From Christensenellaceae bacterium (lineage in GTDB: Bacteria; Bacillota; Clostridia; Christensenellales; Borkfalkiaceae): 64,000 bases of DNA. Below the pieces are notes generated by a model, which was not told where the DNA came from, ran no database searches, and saw nothing but the letters and a program-made list of their open reading frames with translations. The stretch is from NCBI GenBank assembly GCA_045534605.1, contig JAZSKA010000018.1:1175-65174 (forward strand), written 5' to 3'. Position numbers and translations under genes: made by a program. Positions 18,896 through 26,544 of this stretch are shown piece by piece. The stretch's first letter is position 1; every line of letters begins with the position of its first letter.

Positions 18896-20212
18896 TTAAA
18901 ATTTTATCGAATAAATTACATACCCTGCCGAAAATATAACTTCACCCGAAAAGAATCTTTCATTTAGATCATCATAATGTTTTTCGCAAAACTCACAAAC
19001 TTCTTTAGCTATTTGTGATTTTGGATTTTCACGAAGCATGCGCGAGAAATCATTAGGAATAAAACTAAACCACGACTCAAAAAGCGCTATTTTATCTTTT
19101 CTTGACATATTTGAAGTATTTATACCATAACGCTCAAGACAAATTTCTTTAGGCTCCATTTTTCTCACATAAGAGTAAACTTGTCTACCCGTATATCTAT
19201 ACCCGCTATAAATATTATGAATATAAAAAGATTGAAATTTAGAAAACAATCCGTCCTTATCCGGATAAACAAAGACTGCGCCATCGTCAACATCACGCAC
19301 AATCATTACAGCATTTTCATTTAAACAGTTTTGAATTGCCTGTAAAATTTTAAACGGCTTTTTAAAATCCATAATTGCCATGCTCAAATAAACGATATCA
19401 ACGCCGTCTACGCCAACTTTTTCAAGACAACTCATAAGTTGTTCTTCAAAATCTTGAGCCTCAAATTTCACTTGGAAAAAATCTATTTCACCATTTTCTG
19501 TATAATTATGTTTATCTGCATTACCTTGTTTTACAATATCTTCGCTATATGTAAGAGCGATAACTCTAGTTATTTGAGGAAATTTTAAGCGCGCATAAGA
19601 ACCTTTCGTGCTTAAAACGTTCACATCGAGACAAACAACGTCTTCTTTTCCTTCTAACAATTTTTCTACGATAGGTTTTTCATATTTAGCAAGAAGTGCA
19701 TCCTCTGTTCTCAACCTATGCTTTTCAGCCTCGTCCTCATCATAGTAATAACGAACATCATCATGTCGGTCGTTTAGATTGGACTTTCTTTCGTCAATTT
19801 TTACACTGCGAAGCATAGAAATAATTTTTTCGACCGTCGCATCAAAATATTCCCTGCTTGACGGAACCCCATTTAAAAGTGGGAGTACCTGTAATGATAC
19901 AGGTAATTTTTCAGGAAAAGAAAATCCCACCATCATAACTGGTATTATGTTCTTTTTTTGTTTTATTGCGTGCTCAATTTCAAGTCTTAGCCAATCGCTT
20001 TCAGATGCGCATCTATCTAACGAGTTTGGTGGCAAAACTAAAACGAAGTTCTCACTTTCGTCAATTGCTTCGTAAAGTTTTTCGTTAAAAGCACCCGATT
20101 GAAGTTCTTCAAGATCTAAAAAGACAGAAAGCCCCGCTTTATTAAAACACTCATATAGAAGTCGTGCCATCGGAAAACCGCCATCTCGTCTATAACTTAT
20201 AAAAATATCCAT
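18896..20212 (-). CDS. TIR-domain protein fused to a degenerate class-I methyltransferase-like domain
   Basis: The N-terminus DIFISYRRDGG...FVLVLPPNS...SDWLRLEIEHA is a bacterial TIR signature with the conserved Glu. The C-terminal half resembles a Rossmann MTase but has VVCLDVNVLSTKGS in place of a GxGxG loop. Confidence 0.75.
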   Translation of the reverse strand: MDIFISYRRDGGFPMARLLYECFNKAGLSVFLDLEELQSGAFNEKLYEAIDESENFVLVLPPNSLDRCASESDWLRLEIEHAIKQKKNIIPVMMVGFSFPEKLPVSLQVLPLLNGVPSSREYFDATVEKIISMLRSVKIDERKSNLNDRHDDVRYYYDEDEAEKHRLRTEDALLAKYEKPIVEKLLEGKEDVVCLDVNVLSTKGSYARLKFPQITRVIALTYSEDIVKQGNADKHNYTENGEIDFFQVKFEAQDFEEQLMSCLEKVGVDGVDIVYLSMAIMDFKKPFKILQAIQNCLNENAVMIVRDVDDGAVFVYPDKDGLFSKFQSFYIHNIYSGYRYTGRQVYSYVRKMEPKEICLERYGINTSNMSRKDKIALFESWFSFIPNDFSRMLRENPKSQIAKEVCEFCEKHYDDLNERFFSGEVIFSAGYVIYSIKF

Positions 20213-20218
20213 AATTAC

Positions 20219-21325
20219 TTATCCTTTATACACCATTTTATAACACGGAACGTCTTTTACCCCAGGGTATTCATACGCTATTTTAAACCCAAGTCTTTGA
20301 TAAAGCCTAACAGATGAGATATTTGCTACTACACACTCAAGCACGCAGTCCTCGTCTTTTTTGAGTAGATAATCGACTAAAGCACCCGCAATTCCACGCT
20401 TGCGATAATTTGAATCCACCGTTACGTTGGCGATATAAAATCCGCCATCGTCTTCTCCCATTTTTTCGTAATACGCTTCAAAAATTTCATGCGTTCGCGA
20501 GTCGCATTTAACCCCCGAAAGACTAAAAGCCGAACGAATATCATCCTCTTTTTCTGTAAAAGGCAACCTCTTTGAAACCATTGCCCCCGCTATAAATCCT
20601 TCGCTAGTTACGGCAACAGTAATATTTTCCTTGTTGTAAAGCGTAGGCAAATTTATCATTTCGCGAATTACTGAAATCCCATCTTCTATATTATCAAACC
20701 AGTACGGATAAATATAAGGATCGGTTAAATAAATTAATTTGGCTACTTGATTTATATCATCTCCGTCTCTAAACTCGCGTATTACGATATCTTTTGACTT
20801 GTTAGGTTGTATTCCTATTTCTCTAGTCATATATTCGTAAAACGAACGATATTCTTCTTTTTCTAACGCTCTCGGAAAAGACAGAATTTTTAATTCAAGA
20901 TCTTCGTCTCCTAGATGATACTTTGCCTGAATATGGTAATACGGATTCATTATAAAACCGTTTCTTTTATAAAAACCGTATCTTCGCTCAGTCATTTCAT
21001 CAATAGGAGGTTCAATTTCTAGCAAAATAATTTTGTTCTTTTTCTTTAACAAATCTAATGCTTTAGCGCCAAACCCCTTACCTCTTACGATTGGCATAGT
21101 TGCAAAATGCTCTAAAAAAACAAAGTCTTTCGTTTCCCAATAAAGCATTATACCAATAAATACACCATCTTTTAGTATAAGGTCAAAATGATATTCCGCC
21201 TTACCCATCACTCTCACTTGTTCTAAATTATCTCGTCTTTCTTCAACTGGAAAAGCCGATTCATATAACTTAAATGCTTGATTAAATAATTGCTCTTCTT
21301 TGCTTGAAAGTCTTTTTAGTTCCAC
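20219..21325 (-). CDS. Tandem GNAT N-acetyltransferase (two GNAT domains)
   Basis: 368 aa with a GTG start after AAGGTGA. There are two acetyl-CoA binding motifs, VRGKGFGAKAL and YRKRGIAGAL. A 6-nt gap separates it from the TIR gene. Confidence 0.8.
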   Translation of the reverse strand: MELKRLSSKEEQLFNQAFKLYESAFPVEERRDNLEQVRVMGKAEYHFDLILKDGVFIGIMLYWETKDFVFLEHFATMPIVRGKGFGAKALDLLKKKNKIILLEIEPPIDEMTERRYGFYKRNGFIMNPYYHIQAKYHLGDEDLELKILSFPRALEKEEYRSFYEYMTREIGIQPNKSKDIVIREFRDGDDINQVAKLIYLTDPYIYPYWFDNIEDGISVIREMINLPTLYNKENITVAVTSEGFIAGAMVSKRLPFTEKEDDIRSAFSLSGVKCDSRTHEIFEAYYEKMGEDDGGFYIANVTVDSNYRKRGIAGALVDYLLKKDEDCVLECVVANISSVRLYQRLGFKIAYEYPGVKDVPCYKMVYKG

Positions 21326-21355
21326 TTTTCACCTTAAATTTTTCTTATTTATTCT

Positions 21356-21383
21356 ATTATATCATATATTTTATTATTTTCAA
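21356..21383 (-). promoter_or_regulatory. Promoter of the GNAT-TIR operon (extended -10)
   Basis: Minus strand reads TTGAAA-16 nt-TATAAT, with TG upstream of the -10 (TGATATAAT). Confidence 0.5.
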
Positions 21384-21402
21384 TATTTTTTTAGAAAATT
21401 TT

Positions 21403-21434
21403 AGCGGTAATCGCCATATAGCGCGATTACCGCT
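21403..21434. repeat. 32-nt palindromic repeat, copy C3 (A-variant loop)
   Basis: Identical to C2. Confidence 0.9.
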
Positions 21435-21450
21435 TTAACTTTTTTTAAAA

Positions 21451-21933
21451 TTAGTCGTCGTTTTCGTCTTTGTGGTGGTGATGTCCGCAATTGCAACCTT
21501 CTTCTTTATCGCAGTCGCAATCGTCGTCACAGTCGCAATCGCCATCGCAGTCGCAATCGCCATCGCAGTCGCAGTCTCCATCGCAGTCGCAGTCGCAACT
21601 AGAATGGCAACCGCAGTCACATTCTTCTTCATAGTCGTCTTCTTCGTCCATTTCAGCAACGAACGCTTGGAAAACTTCGTCAAGTAATGCTTCGTCTTGA
21701 ACAGGAGCGAGTTGTTCGTCGCCGTCGTCGCCAACAATTTCGAAAATTACGACTTCTTCGTCGTTAAGACCGTCTATTTCTTGAGCAGGTTGGAAAAATG
21801 CGAACCATCTTTTGTTGTGTTCGATAGTTCCGATATGGTAAAATTTAAACACGTCACCGTTTTCGTTTTTAAGGTCTACAACGGCAATGTCTTCTTCGTT
21901 TTCGTTAATAACTTCTTTGTAATTGTCTGACAT
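21451..21933 (-). CDS. DUF1292 (YrzB-like) protein with Cys/Asp-repeat and His-run C-terminal tail
   Basis: The N-terminal roughly 100 aa match the DUF1292 pattern (VDLKNENGDVFKFYHIGTIEH..RWFAFFQP...VVIFEI). The tail is ECDCGCHSSCDCDCDGDCDCDGDCDCDGDCDCDDDCDCDKEEGCNCGHHHH. Confidence 0.8.
   Translation of the reverse strand: MSDNYKEVINENEEDIAVVDLKNENGDVFKFYHIGTIEHNKRWFAFFQPAQEIDGLNDEEVVIFEIVGDDGDEQLAPVQDEALLDEVFQAFVAEMDEEDDYEEECDCGCHSSCDCDCDGDCDCDGDCDCDGDCDCDDDCDCDKEEGCNCGHHHHKDENDD
21511..21597 (-). repeat. In-frame 18-bp tandem repeat encoding (CDCDGD)n
   Basis: The gcagtcgcaatcgccatc unit is repeated about 4-5 times with minor variants. Confidence 0.8.
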
Positions 21934-21945
21934 AATATATCTCCT

Positions 21946-22362
21946 TTATTTGTTTATTTTTCTCATATAATCTTCTAAAATATAAGACGCGGCGATTTTA
22001 TCGATAACGTCTTTTCTTTTTTCTCTACGCATATCGGCTTCAATCAAAACCCTACGCGCTTCCATAGTGGTAAACCGCTCGTCTTGAAAAACGATAGGAA
22101 TATCCGTGCGCTTTTTAAGTTCTTCAACAAAACTTTCGGTAAGCGCAGTTTGCTCGCTTTTAGAGCCGTCAAAGTTGAGCGGAAGTCCACAAACGATAGT
22201 ATCCGCCCCTTTTTCTTTAGCAAGATTTGCTAGGTAATTAAGGTCTTTTTCAAAATTTTTACGCCAATAAGTTTCAAGCGGTAAAGCCATTGAATTAAAC
22301 GGATCGCTTATAGCCACGCCTATTCTTTTATTGCCGATATCAAACGCGATTATTCTTCCCAT
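21946..22362 (-). CDS. ruvX: Holliday junction resolvase-like RuvX/YqgF
   Basis: 138 aa with IIAFDIGNKRIGVAISD and TIVCGLPLNFDGS. Followed by DUF1292, as is typical in Firmicutes. Confidence 0.92.
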   Translation of the reverse strand: MGRIIAFDIGNKRIGVAISDPFNSMALPLETYWRKNFEKDLNYLANLAKEKGADTIVCGLPLNFDGSKSEQTALTESFVEELKKRTDIPIVFQDERFTTMEARRVLIEADMRREKRKDVIDKIAASYILEDYMRKINK

Positions 22363-22372
22363 AACAATTTAT

Positions 22373-22401
22373 ATTATACATAATTAAACTGGTTTAGTCA
22401 A
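22373..22401 (-). promoter_or_regulatory. Consensus promoter placed 10 nt upstream of the ruvX ATG
   Basis: Minus strand reads TTGACT-17 nt-TATAAT-ataaattgtt-ATG. There is no Shine-Dalgarno sequence. Confidence 0.5.
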
Positions 22402-22402
22402 C

Positions 22403-23821
22403 TTAAATATCAATTAAAAAGCCTTGTAATCTTTCTGGCTTAAAACTATACGGATTCAAGCGCAAAAAGTCGAATGCGTTGGTGGTTAAAAGTTCCGCCC
22501 CGCCTTCGTTTAGAAAACTTCTTGAAGCAATACTGCTGTTTAGATAAAAGACAATTCTTGACGGGATATTTGCCTTTATTACGCCGTTAATAAAAATTGA
22601 TTCGAACCGAGCGGTAGATATAATTAAATGTATTCCGCTTGCGCGCGATTTTTGCAAAAGCGTGCAGAGTTTTTTCTCGAAATCTTTTTTCATCATAACT
22701 TCAAGCGCAGAAAACTCGTCGATAGCATAGACAATGTATTTTAACGGTTTTTCACTATTAATCGCGTTATAGCCCGATATATTACGAACTTTACTTTCAT
22801 TAAACAGCGAATATCTTCTTTCCATTTCGTCAATCAAGTCACCTAAAACTTCCATCGTTTTTTCGGCTGAAGTGATAACGCCTTCACCTTCGAGATATTC
22901 AGATTTATCAAAAGACTTAAACCCACCGAATATACTCGAACAGTAAAACTTTACGATATTATGCGAGTATCTTAGCGAAATGCTTTTAAGTATTCCTTCC
23001 ATAAAACGCAAAAGTTCGCTTCCGATAACGCCACTTATAAGTAAGTGCGGTTCACTCGTTAAATCAGAATAGACGACGTCGCCGTCTACGTTTATTCCAA
23101 CGGGATAAACCAAATTTCCGCTTGGAGCAACTAAATTTTCAAGCGAATTCAAACTTGGCAAAGTCTTTTCGCCGTTTTCTACTTCAAAATTAATTATTCC
23201 CCTATCGAAAGTTACCCTTACGCTAAATACGTTTAAAGCAATTTTGACATCGCTAATAAGTTTTAAAAAACTTGTAGGTTTTCCGTCGCAAACGAACGAA
23301 TATTTCGTATAGCACCCCGTCTTTACTGGGGTTAAAATTTCAGTAACAGTCGTAACCTTTTCGATAACGTTTAAAATTTTAATTTGCTCACCAGTCAGTT
23401 TGCCTTTTGGTGGGAATATTTCGTTTATTCTATAAAATAAAGTTTCTAAATGCGTAAATACGTCGTCGCCAACCGCTTCAATCCATTGTGAAAGTTGCAA
23501 AAAATAATTAAGTTTTATAGGTAAATTAGGCGTAATTTTAAACGGAATAATAGTTTTTTCTGCGCTGAACGCTAAGCTCATCTCTGCCCTTACGTGCACA
23601 GATTTATCGGCGTTTTCAGAAAAAATCAACACCACAAGCGCGCAATTTTTTATCGCGTCTTCAAGTTCGTCAGGATAACTTTCACCACCTAAAACGTCGC
23701 GCGACGAAATAAAGCAGTCGTAACCGCGTTTTTCCAAAAATTCGACGACAGTTTCAGCAGTTGACAAATCTTTTGATGAAAATGATATAAATATATCTTT
23801 GTTTGCGTTTATTTTATCCAT
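22403..23821 (-). CDS. TIR-domain protein fused to an FtsK/SpoIIIE-like motor domain with degenerate Walker A
   Basis: The N-terminus is DIFISFSSKD...LVVLIFSENADKSVHVRAEMSLA. The C-terminal region parallels the FtsK core: PHLLISGVIGSELLRF (in place of GxxGSGKS), Walker B YIVYAIDEFSAL, RASGIHLIISTARFE and IPSRIVFYLNSSIASRSFL. Confidence 0.75.
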   Translation of the reverse strand: MDKINANKDIFISFSSKDLSTAETVVEFLEKRGYDCFISSRDVLGGESYPDELEDAIKNCALVVLIFSENADKSVHVRAEMSLAFSAEKTIIPFKITPNLPIKLNYFLQLSQWIEAVGDDVFTHLETLFYRINEIFPPKGKLTGEQIKILNVIEKVTTVTEILTPVKTGCYTKYSFVCDGKPTSFLKLISDVKIALNVFSVRVTFDRGIINFEVENGEKTLPSLNSLENLVAPSGNLVYPVGINVDGDVVYSDLTSEPHLLISGVIGSELLRFMEGILKSISLRYSHNIVKFYCSSIFGGFKSFDKSEYLEGEGVITSAEKTMEVLGDLIDEMERRYSLFNESKVRNISGYNAINSEKPLKYIVYAIDEFSALEVMMKKDFEKKLCTLLQKSRASGIHLIISTARFESIFINGVIKANIPSRIVFYLNSSIASRSFLNEGGAELLTTNAFDFLRLNPYSFKPERLQGFLIDI

Positions 23822-23977
23822 TTAAAAATTAAAAACCTTTTCAATTTTACTATCGCTATTTTAACATACTGCTAAATAAAAATCAATAGATTTTCAAAAA
23901 TTGAATTTATCGAATAAATTTTACTTTTTTCGACAAACTAATTTTAGGGTTAATAAATAACTCTAAAAGGAGATAAT

Positions 23978-24145
23978 ATGGAAAAAGGACTTTGCTTAGG
24001 TCTTATTATCGGTGCTGTTTTAGGTTGTATGATTTGTGCTAACTCTAAAAAGGTTAGAAAAACCGTATTAGATGCGCAAGAAAAAATCAACGAAAAAATT
24101 CAATGCAAATGTGACGAATTAAAAAACGAAAACAGCGAAGCGTAA
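23978..24145 (+). CDS. Small membrane protein (55 aa, YtxH-like appearance)
   Basis: Below the ORF-track cutoff. AAAGGAGATAAT precedes the ATG. Translation is MEKGLCLGLIIGAVLGCMICANSKKVRKTVLDAQEKINEKIQCKCDELKNENSEA. A terminator follows. Confidence 0.55.
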   Translation: MEKGLCLGLIIGAVLGCMICANSKKVRKTVLDAQEKINEKIQCKCDELKNENSEA

Positions 24146-24173
24146 AAAAACGGCGTTTATGCGCCGTTTTTTT
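24144..24173. terminator. Bidirectional terminator shared by the small ORF and metK
   Basis: Stem aacggcg / cgccgtt between an A-run and a T-run. Confidence 0.75.
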
Positions 24174-25338
24174 AAATGTATTTCTTTAAATCGCTTACTT
24201 TATCAAGTTGTTCCCAAGGGAAGTTATTTCTTCCAAAGTGGCCGTATGACGCGGTTAAACCGTAAATTGGCGAATCGAGATTAAACTTTTCAATGATAGC
24301 ACGCGGTCTAAAATCAAATTCTTTTTCAACGATTTTTGCCAAAGTTTCGTCGTCAAGTTTACCAGTTTTGTGACTATCAACCAAGATAGAAACAGGACGG
24401 GCAACGCCGATAGCGTACGCAACTTCAACCGTACACTCGTCACAAAGCCCTGCACCTACTAAATTTTTAGCAGTGTATCTAGCCATATACGCAGCACTTC
24501 TATCAACCTTCGTTGGGTCTTTACCGCTGAACGCGCCACCGCCGTGCGGAGCGTATCCACCGTAAGTATCTACGATAATTTTTCTTCCCGTCAAACCACT
24601 ATCGCCTTGCGGACCGCCAATTTCAAATCTACCGGTTGGGTTGATAAAGATTTTAGTATCGCTATCCATAAGACTTTTATCGATAGCAACGTCGATAACT
24701 TCTCTTTTGATATCTTTACGAAGTGTTTCAATATCAACTTTGTCAGAGTGTTGAGTAGAAACGACTATCGTATCAACTTTGACGACCTTATTATCTTCGT
24801 ATAAAACGGTAACTTGACCTTTACCGTCAGGGCGAAGATAATCTAAAATACCTTGCTTTCTGACGTATGCAAGTCTTTGCATAAGTTTATGTGATAACAT
24901 GATAGGAAGTGGCATAAGTTCTTCGGTTTGGTTTGACGCATACCCAAACATCATACCTTGATCGCCTGCGCCCGTCTCGTCAAAAACGTCGCCACCAGAC
25001 TTAAATTCTTGCGAATTATCGACACCGAGCGCGATATCTGCACTTTGCGCGTTAAGTCTTATATCAATTTTGCAAGTGTCGTACGAGAAGCCACACGTTG
25101 GATCAGTATACCCTATTTCTTTAATTTTTTCGCGAGCAATTTTTTCAACGTCAACCTTAGCAGTGGTCGTTATTTCACCCATAATCAATAAATAATCTGT
25201 TGTAACGCTACACTCACACGCAACGCGTGCACGCTTATCTTGCGCCAAAATCGCGTCAAGTACCGCGTCTGAAATTTGGTCGCAAACTTTGTCAGGATGT
25301 CCTTCGGTTACGCTTTCGCTCGTAAATAATTTTTTCAA
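24172..25338 (-). CDS. metK: S-adenosylmethionine synthetase
   Basis: [30 protein letters not shown] and [16 protein letters not shown]. Confidence 0.97.
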   Translation of the reverse strand: MKKLFTSESVTEGHPDKVCDQISDAVLDAILAQDKRARVACECSVTTDYLLIMGEITTTAKVDVEKIAREKIKEIGYTDPTCGFSYDTCKIDIRLNAQSADIALGVDNSQEFKSGGDVFDETGAGDQGMMFGYASNQTEELMPLPIMLSHKLMQRLAYVRKQGILDYLRPDGKGQVTVLYEDNKVVKVDTIVVSTQHSDKVDIETLRKDIKREVIDVAIDKSLMDSDTKIFINPTGRFEIGGPQGDSGLTGRKIIVDTYGGYAPHGGGAFSGKDPTKVDRSAAYMARYTAKNLVGAGLCDECTVEVAYAIGVARPVSILVDSHKTGKLDDETLAKIVEKEFDFRPRAIIEKFNLDSPIYGLTASYGHFGRNNFPWEQLDKVSDLKKYI

Positions 25339-25486
25339 AACAATTCACCTTTTTTCTTTAGTTATTTAATTATATAATGCAAAAGAAAAATTGTCAATTA
25401 TAAATCAAATACCTTGCAAAAAATATAAACAAATGCTAATATGTTAATGTATTCAAGTGTGTATTAATAAATTTGAGAAAAAGTTT

Positions 25487-26344
25487 ATGAAAAAATGCAA
25501 TCTTTGTCCAAACCAATGCAATATCAACAGAGAAAATGCACTTGGTTTTTGTAAAAGTTTTGAAAATTTAAAAATAGCAAAGTATTCACTTCACCACTTC
25601 GAAGAGCCGGTAATTTCAGGAACGAATGGCTCGGGCACGGTGTTTTTTTGCGGTTGCTCGCTAAAGTGCGTGTTCTGCCAAAACTTTGAAGTATCGCGAA
25701 ATCTTACGGGAAAAGAAATTACCCCAAAAGATCTTAGCGAAATTTTTAAGGAACTTGAAAGCATGGGCGCGCACAATATTAACCTTGTAAATCCGACGCA
25801 CTACTCGACGAAAATTATTGAAGCGCTTGAAATTTATAGACCGAATATTCCTATCGTTTATAATACCCACGGCTATGAAAGTATTTCCGTCTTAGAAAAA
25901 ATTAACGACTACGTCGATATTTATCTTACCGACCTAAAGTATTTTTCGCCAAGCGTTTCAAATCGCTACTCTAAAAAAAGCGACTACTTTGAAAAAGCAA
26001 TTTTAGCCGTCGAATTTATGATAAACAACAAGAAAACCGTGTTATCGGGCGACTTATTAAAGTCTGGCGTTATTGTTCGCCACTTAATTTTACCGCTCAA
26101 TTCGTCAGATAGCGTAGAAATTTTATCTGCGCTTAGACCTATAATAAAAGACGCGTATCTATCACTTATGGCACAGTATACTCCGTTTGGTGAGATTGAA
26201 AACTTCCCAGAACTTAAACGAAAAATTACTAATCGCGAATATCAAAAAGTTTTGGATAAAGTGTACGAATTAAAATATGAAAACGTGTTCATACAAGATA
26301 CTTCTTCGTCGTCAGCCAGATATATTCCTAAGTGGGACTATTAA
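25487..26344 (+). CDS. Radical SAM protein (PflX/activase-like family)
   Basis: CGCSLKCVFCQN (CX3CX2C). The ORF-track start at 25457 is GTG; I prefer ATG at 25487 (MKKCNLCP). Confidence 0.7.
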   Translation: MKKCNLCPNQCNINRENALGFCKSFENLKIAKYSLHHFEEPVISGTNGSGTVFFCGCSLKCVFCQNFEVSRNLTGKEITPKDLSEIFKELESMGAHNINLVNPTHYSTKIIEALEIYRPNIPIVYNTHGYESISVLEKINDYVDIYLTDLKYFSPSVSNRYSKKSDYFEKAILAVEFMINNKKTVLSGDLLKSGVIVRHLILPLNSSDSVEILSALRPIIKDAYLSLMAQYTPFGEIENFPELKRKITNREYQKVLDKVYELKYENVFIQDTSSSSARYIPKWDY

Positions 26345-26544
26345 TAAAATTCAAGTTCGACAAGCATTTTCAATAAAATGGCGCACTCTTTTGGGCTTGC
26401 ATATTCTAATCTTTTTAAAATTTCATATCTATCCATATGTAAATATGTAAAACCGTTCTTTTAAGGGCGGTTTTTATTAGTATTTACAAAATTTCGCAAA
26501 TTATTTAGTAACATTTCAGAAAAAATCGACATACTACTGTCAAT

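Noticed and set aside
21435-21737. Alternative-frame ORFs over the Cys-Asp repeat (21435-21737 minus, 21472-21687 plus)
   Set aside because: They are artefacts of the 18-bp repeat being open in several frames (ATA/VAI repeats). The DUF1292 frame has the conserved N-terminal domain.
25339-25486. SAM riboswitch upstream of metK
   Set aside because: The leader is only about 120-150 nt of AT-rich sequence. It has none of the GC-rich conserved S-box segments, and I could see no convincing SAM-III-type pairing over the RBS.
26341-26436. 31-aa minus-strand ORF (MDRYEILKRLEYASPKECAILLKMLVELEFY)
   Set aside because: It has no Shine-Dalgarno sequence, overlaps the stop of the radical-SAM gene, and has no supporting context. 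It is too weak to call.
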